NCBI GenBank assembly: GCA_963751835.1
Contig: CAVVWD010000001.1
Location: 8,636-72,635, forward strand
Reading direction: 5' to 3'
Origin: an uncultured Thermoleophilaceae bacterium
Lineage (GTDB): Bacteria > Actinomycetota > Thermoleophilia > Solirubrobacterales > Thermoleophilaceae
Length of the DNA stretch: 64,000 nucleotides
In this document: positions 9,511-19,125 of the stretch, piece after piece
Layout: every line of letters starts with the position of its first letter
Position numbering within the stretch: position 1 is the first letter of the stretch
Program-made: the position numbers and the translations under genes
Notes under the pieces: model-generated
What the model was told of the DNA's origin: nothing
What the model saw: only the letters and a program-made list of their open reading frames with translations
Databases searched by the model: none

Positions 9511-10329
9511 TCAGACATCCAGGAACGCGGCGATGTCGTCCACCACCGTCTCCGGTTGGTCGAGGAGAAAGAGGTGGCCGCCGCCTTCGACGACTCGCAG
9601 TCGCGCCGCCGGCATCCGCCGCGCCATGAAGCGGGCGTTGGCCAGCGGGATCACGGGGTCGTCGTCACCGGCGAGGATCAGCGTCGGCTGCATCACGCGG
9701 TGGAGCCACGGAATGCTCGTCCACCCTGCGGCGGCGTAGAGCTGGAAGGCGTAGCCGAGCAGGTCGGGCGGATGTCCGAGGCGCGCGGCTGCCTGCCGGT
9801 CGAGTTGGGCCGGATCGCGCCTCGTACGCCCGCCCGCGATGTGCGGGACGGTGAGCCGGAACAGGCGTGGGTGGTAGTAGCGCGCCGGTGTCGCGAGCAG
9901 CAACGCCGGCAGCGGGCGCGGTGGTACGCCGACAAGGCCCTGGGCGGTGGCACACAGGATCAGGCGCCGCACGCGATCCGGGCTGCGGTAGGCCAGCTCC
10001 TGGGCAAGACCTCCCCCGAACGAGTATCCGAGGACGTCGACCTCGTCGAGCCCCAGCCCGTCGAGCAACGCAGCCACGACCCCCGCAAGCCCTCGCATTC
10101 GCAGCGGATAGCGCGGCCGCTCCGAGAGGCCTGCGCCCGGCGCATCGAAGGCGATCAGCTCGCGGTTTTCGATGACGCGCTCGAATGGGCTCCACATCTC
10201 GATGTTGGCGCCGATGCCCGTGATGAGCAGCAGCGGTGGCCCTTCGCCACAGCGGGCGACGCGCAGGGTGATGCCGCCGGCGCGGACGTTGCTGGAAGCC
10301 CAGCCGGCCGCGCCGTTGTCCGCCGTCAC
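9511..10329 (-). CDS. phaZ: poly(3-hydroxyalkanoate) depolymerase (Pseudomonas PhaZ-type alpha/beta hydrolase)
   Basis: 272 aa from GTG 10329. Lipase box GYSFGG. Blocks ITGIGANIEMW, RRDP and GWTSIPWLHRVMQPTLILAGDDDPVIPL parallel intracellular mcl-PHA depolymerase. The start overlaps the upstream stop (GTGA). Confidence 0.8.
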   Translation of the reverse strand: MTADNGAAGWASSNVRAGGITLRVARCGEGPPLLLITGIGANIEMWSPFERVIENRELIAFDAPGAGLSERPRYPLRMRGLAGVVAALLDGLGLDEVDVLGYSFGGGLAQELAYRSPDRVRRLILCATAQGLVGVPPRPLPALLLATPARYYHPRLFRLTVPHIAGGRTRRDPAQLDRQAAARLGHPPDLLGYAFQLYAAAGWTSIPWLHRVMQPTLILAGDDDPVIPLANARFMARRMPAARLRVVEGGGHLFLLDQPETVVDDIAAFLDV

Positions 10330-11529
10330 GCGAACGCGCCGACTCCCGTGATGTCGCGGCCGACGATCAGCGTCTGCATCGTCTCGGTCCCCTCGTAGGT
10401 GTGGATCACCTCGATGTCCGACATATGGCGGATCACGTGGTTCTCCAGCAGCAATCCGTTGCCGCCGAGCAGGTCGCGTGCCTCGGCGATCACCTGGCGC
10501 GCCTTGCGTGTGTTGTTGAGCTTCGCGAGGCCGGCGATCGTGTCCGAAAGCTGCCCGGCCTCCGCGAGTCGCGCGAGCTGCATGCAGTAGAGCTGCATGC
10601 CGGTGACCTCGGCGAGCATCTTCACCAGTCGATCCTGGACGATCTGGAAACTGCACAGCGGCCGACCGAACTGCTCGCGCTGCTTGGCGTAGGTCAGCGC
10701 GGTGTCGTAAGCCGCGACCGCATGGCCCGAGTGCCGCCCAGGCGCAGGTGGTGCGCGTGTCGACCAGCACGCGGCCGGCATCTTTGAACGATCGCGCACC
10801 CGGCAGCCGGCTCTCGTCGGGGACCTGGACGCCGTCGAGCGTGATCTCGGCCTGCCAGATCGCCCGGGCGGCCGCCTTGCCCTCCATCGTCGTCGCCTGG
10901 TAGCCATCGGTCCCCGTCTCGACGAGAAATCCCTTGACCTGACCGTCCTCGTCCGAGCGCGCCCACACGACGACCACATCCGCGATCGATCCGTTTCCGA
11001 TCCAGCGCTTCCGCCCGTCGAGGATCCAGCCGTCGCCGTCCCGGCGCGCCGTCGTCTCGAGCGATACCGAGTCGGACCCGTGTTCAGGCTCGGTGAGCGC
11101 GAACGCCCCGATCGCCTCCAGGTTCGCCAGCGCCGGCAGCCAGCGCTCCTTTTGCTCCTCGGAGCCAAGCATCGCGATCGACTTCATCGCGAGGCCGGCT
11201 TGCACCCCGAGGAAGGTGCCGAGGCTGCCGTCACCGCGATGCAGCTCCATGTGCACCAGACCCAGGGCCAGCGGGCTCATGCCCGGACAGCCGTAGCCCT
11301 CGATGTCCTCACCGACGAGCCCGAGCTCCGGAAGCCGGCGCATCAGCGGCCACGGGAGCTCGGCGCTCTCCCAGTAATCGTTGATCACCGGCAGGACCTC
11401 CTGGTCGACGAAGCGACGCGTGTCGATGAAGCGCGCCCATTGCTCGTCGGTGAACTGCGCGCGGATCCGGAAGTAGTCCGTGGCGAGCGCTTCGCCGAGA
11501 TGCTCGTACGGGACGCTGGCGGTCGACAT
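10326..11529 (-). pseudogene. glutaryl-CoA dehydrogenase-like acyl-CoA dehydrogenase, frame-disrupted near 10725
   Basis: N-terminal about 265 aa are in ORF 9511..11529. The C-terminal part (HAVAAYDTALTYAKQREQFGRPL...IHTYEGTETMQTLIVGRDITG) is in ORF 10326..11168. Span is 1204 nt (3n+1). Confidence 0.8.
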
Positions 11530-11543
11530 GGCGTCTCCTTCGT

Positions 11544-13289
11544 TCAGGCGGCGTGCACGTAGCTGCCCGGTGCCCTTGCGAGGGCCTTGTGCTTCCGGTT
11601 GCCCAGGGTCTTGGGCGCGCTACGCAGCTCGCCGGAGCGCTCACCGAGCCAGGCGACGTAGTCGCCCCACCAGCTGCCGCGTTTCACCGGCGTCTCTTCG
11701 ACGAAGGCCTCAGGGTCGGGCGGCAACTCCTCGCCGACACGGAAGCTCGAGCGCGGTTCCTTCCCCTCCGGTGGCGGAGGATTCACGAGCGCCTGGATAT
11801 GCCCGCTCGTCGACAGAACGAAGCGGGGGCGCCCGCCCAGCAGCCGTGCGCTGCGGTAGGCGTTATCCCACGGGATGATGTGGTCGTTGAGCCCGCTGAT
11901 GACATAGCTGTCCACGTCCACCGTGCTCAGGTCAACCGGGCTGCCGAGGACAGTCACACCGCCCGGCTGGGTCAGCGAGTTCTGTAGCGAGAGCTTGATG
12001 AAGTCGCGGTGCAGACCCGCCGCGAGCCGCACGGTGTCCTGATTCCAGTAGAGGATGTCGAACGCCGGCGGCGGCTTGCCGAGCAGGTAGTTGTTGACGA
12101 CATAACCCCAGACGAGGTCGTTCGGACGCAGCCAGGCGAACACGCCGGCGAGCGCCTGGCCGTCCACGTACCCCCGCCGGGCCGATTCGGCAACCGCCGC
12201 TGCCGCGACGTCGTGGCTCGCGAACGCGGCGGTGGTCCCGGCGCGCGCGTTGTCGAGGGCGCACACCATCAGCGTGAGGCTCGCCACGCCGTCGAGTGCC
12301 TTCTCGGCCGCCAGGTGGCCGAGCACGCCCGAGGCGATGATGCCGCCGGAGCACGCGGCGTTCAGGTGGACCGACGGCTGCCGGGCGATCTGCGCCACCG
12401 CCTCGCGAGCGTCGAGGATCGCCTGCGCGTAGGTGTCGAGGTCGAAGTGGCCCTGGTTCTCGTCCGGATTGCGCCACGAGATCATGAAGACCTGGTGCCC
12501 CGCGCGAACCATGTGTTCCACGAGGCTCCGCCCGGGGGCGATGTCGAGGATGTAGTACTTGTTGATCGTCGGCGGGACGAACAGCAGCGGTACCTCATGG
12601 ACCCGGTCGGTCTGCGGCTCGTACTGAATGAGCTCGAAGACCTCGTTGCGCATCACGACCGCGCCGGACGAGAGCGCCAGGTTCTCGCCGACCGCGAACT
12701 TGCTCGTGTCGACCGTCGCCGGCAGGCGCGGCGGTCGCGAGACGTCGCGTGCGAAGCGGCGAGCTCCCCTGACGAGATTCGCGCCGCCTTCGTCGACGGT
12801 CGCTTTGATCACGGCGGGGTTTGACCACGGGAAGTTCGTCGGCGCCAGCGCATCGAGGACGTTCCCTGCTGTGAAGCGCGCCTGACGCTCGTTGCGCCAG
12901 TCGACCTCGGCGTCCGAGATCAGAGCGTCGACGGTCTCCCCGATCGAGAGGTACCCGGCCATGACGCGCCGCAGCAGCCAGTTGCCCTCCCAAGCCGGGT
13001 CGCCGAAACGCCGGTCCCCCTTCGCCGGGCGGCGCTCCGAGCGGCCGGCGGCGACACGGCCGAGCTCGATAGCGAGGCCGCCCATCCGGCGCACCGGGCG
13101 CGCCGGCCGCCGCGCCAGTCCCGCGAGGATACTGGCCGCCGCGGTGGGTCGCACGAATCGCGCGGTGCCACCCTGATCGACCGCGGCCTCGGCGAGCAGG
13201 ACATCGAGGCCGGCGCTCGCGGCGTCCGGAGCGCGGCGCACCGATCGTGGGGTGCGCACGCCTTCGCTGACCGAAGAAGGAGCAGGCAT
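11544..13289 (-). CDS. phaC: class I/II poly(R)-hydroxyalkanoic acid synthase
   Basis: 581 aa. PhaC N-domain (FTAGNVLDALAPTNFPWSNP), catalytic-Cys box NAACSGG, plus ILYWNQD, SGLNDHIIPW and TSGHI. Confidence 0.9.
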   Translation of the reverse strand: MPAPSSVSEGVRTPRSVRRAPDAASAGLDVLLAEAAVDQGGTARFVRPTAAASILAGLARRPARPVRRMGGLAIELGRVAAGRSERRPAKGDRRFGDPAWEGNWLLRRVMAGYLSIGETVDALISDAEVDWRNERQARFTAGNVLDALAPTNFPWSNPAVIKATVDEGGANLVRGARRFARDVSRPPRLPATVDTSKFAVGENLALSSGAVVMRNEVFELIQYEPQTDRVHEVPLLFVPPTINKYYILDIAPGRSLVEHMVRAGHQVFMISWRNPDENQGHFDLDTYAQAILDAREAVAQIARQPSVHLNAACSGGIIASGVLGHLAAEKALDGVASLTLMVCALDNARAGTTAAFASHDVAAAAVAESARRGYVDGQALAGVFAWLRPNDLVWGYVVNNYLLGKPPPAFDILYWNQDTVRLAAGLHRDFIKLSLQNSLTQPGGVTVLGSPVDLSTVDVDSYVISGLNDHIIPWDNAYRSARLLGGRPRFVLSTSGHIQALVNPPPPEGKEPRSSFRVGEELPPDPEAFVEETPVKRGSWWGDYVAWLGERSGELRSAPKTLGNRKHKALARAPGSYVHAA

Positions 13290-13373
13290 GGCGGTGATTG
13301 TCCATCACCCCGCTCCGGGGGGCATGGCCTCCGGTGACAAAGAAGCACCAAATTCTTGTGAGCCGCCTGCAGC

Positions 13374-14445
13374 TCACCCGGTGGCCTGCTGGTCGCGCAG
13401 GGCGGCCATCCGCGCCCGGCGCGGCGCGCCCGCCTCGTGCAGCACGATCTTGATCACTGCGGCGAACGGCACGGCGAGGATTGCGCCCACGACGCCGAGA
13501 ATCGAGCTCGCGATCAGCACCGAGACGATGGTCGTAAAGGCCGAGATCTCGACCGCCCGGCGGTAGACGATCGGGTAGACGATGTAGTTCTCGACCTGCT
13601 GGTAGATCAGCTGGATGATGAGCATCCCGATCGCGGCGGGCGTGCTTACGGTCAGCGCGACCGCGACCAGGATGACCGCGGCGATCGTCGCGCCGACCTG
13701 CGGGATCAGGTCGAGGAACCCGGTGATCACCGCCAGCACGATCGGGAACGGGAGCCCAAACGCCCAGGCCGACAGTCCGGCGACCGTGGCGGCGACCAGT
13801 GAGATCGCGACGTTGCCGATCAGCGAGGAGGAGACCGCGCTGATCGAGTTCTCCAGCACCGGCCGCCAGCGCCGTTCGACCTCCGGCGTCGCGAACCCGA
13901 ACAACCAGTTCGTGATCGTCACACGCTCCATCAGGAGGAAGAGCGAGAGGAACGTGAGCGTGACGAGCGAGAGGACGGAGCCGAACACGCCGGCCGCGAT
14001 GCCGAGCAGCGCGTTCGCGGCGTCCGGCAGTCCGGCGGCGAGGTCCTTGAGCGCGTTGCGGATCGTGTCGTCCGCGCCGGCCGTCTGAGTCAGGTCCTCG
14101 AAGGCCGCCGTCTGGGTCAGGTCGTCCCAGTAGCCCGGCAGCGCGTTGACGAACTCGACGAATCTCCTCCCACAACGGCGCGGCCGTGAACACCACGATC
14201 GCCGTGGCGCCGGCGAAAAGCCCCGCAAACACCGCCAGCGAGGCGCGTCCCCGCCCCCAACCACGGCGCTCGAGGGCGGCGACGACGGGGTCGAGACCGA
14301 GCGCGAGCACCGCGGCGACGAAGATCGACAGCAGCGTCCCGAGCGAGAACACAGCGAGCACCACCAGCGAACCGAAGGCGAGCAGCACAAGCAGCGTGCG
14401 CACCGGGAAGATCACCTCGACGCGCTGCGGCGGCGGATCCACCAC
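13374..14445 (-). pseudogene. AI-2E family transporter (PerM/UPF0118), frame-disrupted near 14160
   Basis: First about 95 codons (MVDPPPQRVEVIFPVRTLLVLLAF...PLWEEI) are in ORF 12595..14445. The rest (VEFVNALPGYWDDL...FLDLIPQVGATI...ILAVPFAAV) is in ORF 13374..14390. Span is 1072 nt (3n+1). Confidence 0.75.
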
Positions 14446-14492
14446 GCGCGGACCGTAACGGCGAGGCAGGACGCTTGAGGGGCGCTAGGCGG

Positions 14493-15903
14493 TCATGCCG
14501 GGGCCGCCTCGAGCACCGGGTCGACCGGCGTGGCGACGCCCAGCGCAGCCTCGATCGCCTCGGCCGCCTCCAGGCAGGCGAGCTCCTGGAAGCGCTCACC
14601 CATCAGCTGAACGCCGGCCGGGAGCCCGGCCGCCGTGCCGGCCGGCACCGCGGCGGCGGGCAGGCCCAGCAGGTTCGCGGGAACCACGGGGCGCAAGAGC
14701 TCCATCGCCTCGGCAGCGTTGGACTCGCTCTCCGCGTCCCAGCCGTGCGGGAACGGCGGCTGCGACCAGACCGGGCTGACGATCAGCGGGTACTCGAGCA
14801 GGAACTCCGACCAAGCGCGGTGGATTGCCCGCCGCTGCGCGAAGGCGGCGACGAACCCGTCGGCGTCGAGAGGCTCGTAAAGCGGAGACACCAGGTCGAG
14901 AAAGCGGATCGCGTCCGGTCCCCCGACCTGGCGCAGGACCTCGTCCTGGGCGTGGATGTCGACGAACAGCCAGCGCCCCCAGACCTCGAGCGCGTCCTCG
15001 TACAACGGCGGCACCGCCTCGACGACCTCGTACCCGGCGCCCGCAAGCGCGTCCCCCGCCCGGCGCGCGGCGGCCGCGATCTCCGGGTGCGTGTCGCCCC
15101 CGGGCGGCTCGGCGACCAGCGCGACCCGGCGCGCCGGCGGGCGCGCGACGTCGAGCGGGACGGGCACGGACTGGGGGTCGCGCGGACTCATTCCGGAGAC
15201 GATCTCCAGCCCGCGGCGCACATCGGCCACGTGTCGCGCCATCACGCCCTCGACGCACATCAGCTGCATCGCCGGGCCGACGTCCTCGGGCGGGATCACG
15301 GTCGCGTGCGGGACACGCCCCGGGGTTGGCTTGATCGACGCGACCCCGCAGCAGTGCGCCGGGCTGCGCAGCGAGCCGCCGACGTCGTTGCCGAGCCCGA
15401 GCGGGCTCATGCCGCTCGCGAGCGCCGCGCCCTCGCCGCCGCTCGAGCCGCCGGCCGTCGCGCCCGGATGCCACGGGTTGCGGGTGAGCCCGCGCAGCGA
15501 GGAGTCGGTGTGGAACCGCAAGCCGAAGTCGGGCAGATTCGTGCGCCCGATCGGGATCGCGCCCGCCGCACGCATGCGCTCGACCTGCGGCGCGTCGATC
15601 GGCGCCACCGCCTCGGCCAGCGCCGCCAGGCCCTGCGTGGTCGGCGTCCCCGCGAGATCGATGTTCTCCTTGACCGTGAACGGCACGCCGTGCAGCGGCC
15701 CCGCCGGCGTCGAAGCCGAGTCGGCGGCGTCGGCCGCGGCGCGCGCCTCGTCTGCCAGCACGACCACGATGGCGTTCAGGTGCGGGTTGACCGCCTCGAT
15801 GCGCTCCAGGTGCGCGTCCACGACCTCACGCGACGACACCTCGCGTCGCCGCGATCAGCCCCGCCAGCTCGACGGCGCCGCGGCGCCACAGCTCCTCACC
15901 CAT
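14493..15903 (-). pseudogene. amidase (amidase-signature family), frame-disrupted near 15846
   Basis: ORF 14493..15839 has GGSSGGEGAALASG and GNDVGGSLRSPA. The conserved N-terminal helix MGEELWRRGAVELAGLIAA is encoded from ATG 15903 in another frame. Span is 1411 nt (3n+1). Confidence 0.8.
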
Positions 15904-15970
15904 CACGGTCCCCCGTTCGATGCCGCGGCCATCAAATCAAACCGGGGGCAACGAGGCCGAAGCGAGCCCC

Positions 15971-16006
15971 GAGGCCCAGAATCGAACTGGTCACACCACG
16001 AGTTAC
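15971..16006 (-). repeat. partial copy of tRNA-Phe 3' end (distal att-like repeat)
   Basis: GAGGCCCAGAATCGAACTGG (20/20) and ACACCACGA (9/9) are identical to the tRNA-Phe T-arm and acceptor strand at 22103-22134, in the same orientation. Confidence 0.65.
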
Positions 16007-16015
16007 GCTGGGGCC

Positions 16016-16480
16016 GTGAGCGCGGGAATTGACTACAGGCAGATCGCCGACCGGCTCTGGCCGGCCCTCAGGCAATCGATAAAAGGACACACCGTTGTCT
16101 ACCGCGCGACACATGGCCTCGTCGGCCACCGATTCCCCGGTGCTCCGCCGACGCTGCTGTTGGACCACGTTGGTGCCAAGAGCGGCAAGCGCCGCACCAC
16201 GCCGCTCACCTACCTGCGCGAGGGCGAAAACCTCGTCATCGTCGCGTCCAAGGGCGGGTATCCAAGGAACCCGGCGTGGTTCCACAACTTGCGCGCCAAT
16301 CCGGACACGACCGTTCAGGTCGGATCCCAGCGAAGGCCCGTACGAGCGCGAGTCGCGACGCCCGCGGAGCGCACGCGCCTATGGCCGAATGTGGTCGATC
16401 TCTACGGCGGCTACCAGGACTACCAAGAACGCACCGATCGCGAAATTCCGCTCGTCATCCTCGAGCCGCGGACGCCCTGA
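16016..16480 (+). CDS. deazaflavin(F420)-dependent nitroreductase family protein (Ddn/DUF385-like)
   Basis: GTG 16016 in ORF 15920..16480. Motifs LLLDHVGAKSGKRRTTPL, VIVASKGGYPRNPAWFHNL and ERTDREIPLVILEP. Confidence 0.8.
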   Translation: MSAGIDYRQIADRLWPALRQSIKGHTVVYRATHGLVGHRFPGAPPTLLLDHVGAKSGKRRTTPLTYLREGENLVIVASKGGYPRNPAWFHNLRANPDTTVQVGSQRRPVRARVATPAERTRLWPNVVDLYGGYQDYQERTDREIPLVILEPRTP

Positions 16481-16512
16481 CGGCCACGAACCGCTCGAGG
16501 CGAGCGATGACG

Positions 16513-17412
16513 CTACGGTCCGCTCGCGTCGCGCAGCGGCTTCGTGAACCATCGGTCGGCGAACGGCTCGTCGTTGAAGGGCGGCACCTCGATGTAGCCG
16601 GCCGACCGGTAGAGCGCGATTGCCTCCGGCAGCACGTCGCTGGTCTCGATGTGCGCCTCTCTTGACCCGTGCTCGCGGGCGAGGCCCTCGAGGTGCTCAA
16701 GGAGCTGGCGGCCGAGCCCCAGTCCCCGCGCCGATTCAGCGATCCACATGCGCTTGATGTCGCTCACGTTGCCGGGGTGGTGCTTGACCGCCCCGCAACC
16801 GATCGCCTCACCGCGCAGGTACGCGACAACGAACGCCCCGCTCGGGGGGCGCACCTCATGCGGCTGGGCGGTCGCCCCCTTGCGCGGATCGAAGCCGCGC
16901 TGGGGTGCCCGGCGGTTGAGCTCCGCGACGTATGCGCGCAGACAGCGCTGCGCGTCGGGACTCTCGGGATCGAGCTGGCGCAGCTGCACGAGCGATGTCG
17001 TGATGAGCCGCTCGACGGAGCGCATCGCGCCGACGAGCTCGGCGCGCTGCGTCTCGTCGAGCGGGTCGAGGATCGAGGCGGCGAGCTCCCCGCTACGCTC
17101 GTCGAGGATCGCCCGCTCGGCAAGACCCTTCTCGGTGAGCCGCGCCACGCGGATGCGACCGTCGACGTCGCTCGGCGCCACGGTGACGAGCCCGTCGGCC
17201 TCAAGCGCGCGGAGCATGCGGCTCATCTGGCCCGAGTCCACGCCGAGACGCGAGCGGAGCATGACCACCTCGCCGCCCTCCATGCCGATCTCCCACAGCA
17301 GCCGGGATATGGCCAGCGGCCTATCGCGCGACAGGAAACGGTCGTTGAGCGCGCCGACGCGCTGCGTGACCGTACGGTTGAAGCGACGGATCTGCGCGAC
17401 CTGCGACCGCAT
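16513..17412 (-). CDS. bifunctional MarR-family regulator / GNAT N-acetyltransferase
   Basis: 299 aa. N-terminal winged HTH (RLGVDSGQMSRMLRALEADGLV...RLTEKG) fused to a GNAT core (IKRMWIAESARGLGLGRQLL...ALYRSAGY). Confidence 0.85.
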   Translation of the reverse strand: MRSQVAQIRRFNRTVTQRVGALNDRFLSRDRPLAISRLLWEIGMEGGEVVMLRSRLGVDSGQMSRMLRALEADGLVTVAPSDVDGRIRVARLTEKGLAERAILDERSGELAASILDPLDETQRAELVGAMRSVERLITTSLVQLRQLDPESPDAQRCLRAYVAELNRRAPQRGFDPRKGATAQPHEVRPPSGAFVVAYLRGEAIGCGAVKHHPGNVSDIKRMWIAESARGLGLGRQLLEHLEGLAREHGSREAHIETSDVLPEAIALYRSAGYIEVPPFNDEPFADRWFTKPLRDASGP

Positions 17413-18047
17413 TCTCTGATCCTAGTCAGAAACTTGGTCCTGTGCCAGGCGCGTAGTTCTGCGGCCGCAGTCCCGCTGCGCTGTCGCGCCGGACGAGCAA
17501 CACAAGCGCGGGTCGAGACGCCGCTTCGCGAGGCACAGGAGCAGTCTGACGAGACCTCGCCGACCGCCTGGAGAACCGGGCTCCTGCTTCGGCGTTTGAG
17601 GGTCGGTGGCTGGCCGCTTGTGCTCTGGCCCGCCGGTTGACCTGCCGGGTCGTCACAGCGCTTCTGACTCGCAATATCAGCAAGACGTCAGCGAAACGTC
17701 AGCGGCCCTTGGTTGCCTCCCGGCGAGGCAGCAAGGAGACCAGGAGGAAGCTCGCAATGAGGAGGCTTGGGACAGTGGCGATCAGAGCCCGCCAGCGGCG
17801 GGCCGGGCTGGTCACGGCTGTGGCCGCCGGGCTGTTCGCGGTCGGGCTGGCGGGCGCGTCTGGATCGGTTGTGGCGATGCCAACGTGGAACGGTGAAGTG
17901 AGCAAAGCGGCTACCTCTCGTACTTCTCGACCCGGCAGTCGATCATCTCGTCGGTACGGCGCAGGCCGCTCTCGCGGTAGCACGAGAACCGCAGACCCGG
18001 AGAACCCCTCGAATGCAAAGCCGGATACGTTCGGTAAGAGGACGGCT

Positions 18048-19125
18048 TCACGACGGCAACCCATCATGCGCATGAGGCACGTCCACGAATGACGGATTCA
18101 TCTCTGAGACTGAATGTGCCCCAACCAGAGCCAGCGTCCGGTTGATGTCTGTTCTCATCAGTTCCAGAAGGTGTCGCACGGTGGGCTCGCCACCGATAGC
18201 AAGAGCCATGGCATACGGCCGTCCAAAGAGGACAGCGTGAGCCCCGAACGCCAGCGCCTTTAGTACATCGCCACCGTCACGCACGCCGCCGTCGAGCAGG
18301 ATCTCAGCCGATCCACCGATGGCGGCAACCACATCAGGCAAGGCACGCATGGTGCCCAGCTCTCCGTCGAGTGCAAGGCCACCGTGGTTTGATACGACGA
18401 GGGCCTCCCGCGCCATGGTCGACCGCCCGCCGAGCATCGTCCGGACGAACAACACCCTTTATCACCAACGGGCCAGGCCATGCCTCGCGGATCCACTTGA
18501 AATCGTCCCACAGGGGCGTATAGACCTCTTGGCGCCGACCGATGCCGAGCGCGCTGTTGGCGACACCCAGCTGCACACCGTCCCGAATGAACCGCATAAG
18601 CCAGCCGGGCCGTGTCACCAACTCGGGCCCATACTGAATAGCGGTCTGGAGGTTGATCCCCAAGGGTGAATGCGACTTTGGGTTTACCCCACAGTCGGCG
18701 GTGACAACCAAGGCTTGACAACGCTGCTCGACCGCTTCGGCGATCACCTGCTCTGCGCGCTCACGGCCCTCGAACATGTAGAGCTGTGCCAGGATTGGAC
18801 CCTCGCCGCAGGCTGCACGGACCTCGGTAAGCGAGTGGCCCGCTGACATGCTTACGGCCGCGGCCGTCCCAGCTCCCGCGGCCGCCCGCACAGCAGCCTT
18901 CGCCCCTGCGGGGTGAAGAACACGCAGCCCCCCACCGGGCTGAGTAGCAGGGGCATGGAAAGCGGCATCCCGAGAACCGTCGTCGCTAGGTCACGCTCCG
19001 GCCGGGCTGCTGCCGCGAAGGGGCGAAACCTCACCTCGTCGAATGCCTGAAGATTTGCTGCAAGGGTTCGACTCTGACCCGTCCCCCCTGCAACTTCCGC
19101 GAACTGGGATCGAGGGAGTCGGCGT
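18048..19125 (-). pseudogene. FMN-dependent alpha-hydroxy-acid dehydrogenase (LldD/glycolate oxidase-like), multiply disrupted
   Basis: Homology is spread over three listed frames: 18852..19034 (ATTVLGMPLSMPLLLSPVG), 18334..18891 and 18048..18455 (VVSNHGG...LLDGGVRDGGDVLKALAFGA). The N-terminal piece (ARRLPRSQFAEVAGGTGQSRTLAANLQAFDEV) is preceded by an in-frame TAG and has no start codon. Confidence 0.75.

Noticed and set aside
9511-11529. 672-aa ORF read as an acyl-CoA dehydrogenase / alpha-beta hydrolase fusion protein
   Set aside because: The central 130 residues or so are nonsense (out-of-frame ACAD C-terminus). The genuine ACAD end is in another frame, with a TGA at 10326-10328 overlapping a GTG start for the hydrolase. 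These are therefore two genes.
12595-14445. 616-aa ORF spanning the AI-2E gene and part of phaC
   Set aside because: Only its first 95 codons or so are transporter-like. The remainder is Arg/Gly/Pro-rich out-of-frame sequence typical of high-GC shadow ORFs.
14475-16032. Long plus-strand ORFs (514 and 358 aa) over the amidase locus
   Set aside because: They are antisense shadows of the amidase gene, with low-complexity Arg/Ala/Pro composition and no motifs.
16649-17640. Plus-strand ORFs of 256 and 323 aa over the MarR-GNAT gene
   Set aside because: They are antisense shadow ORFs. The minus-strand product has clear wHTH and GNAT motifs.
17637-18092. ORF with a good SD (AGGAGG) and a Tat/Sec-like signal peptide (MRRLGTVAIRARQRRAGLVTAVAAGLFAVGLAGASG…)
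   Set aside because: After the signal peptide of about 40 aa, the sequence is Ser/Arg-rich with poor GC3 and overlaps a better-coding minus-strand frame. This is probably the 5' relic of a lost secreted-protein gene in the decayed islet, not a functional CDS.
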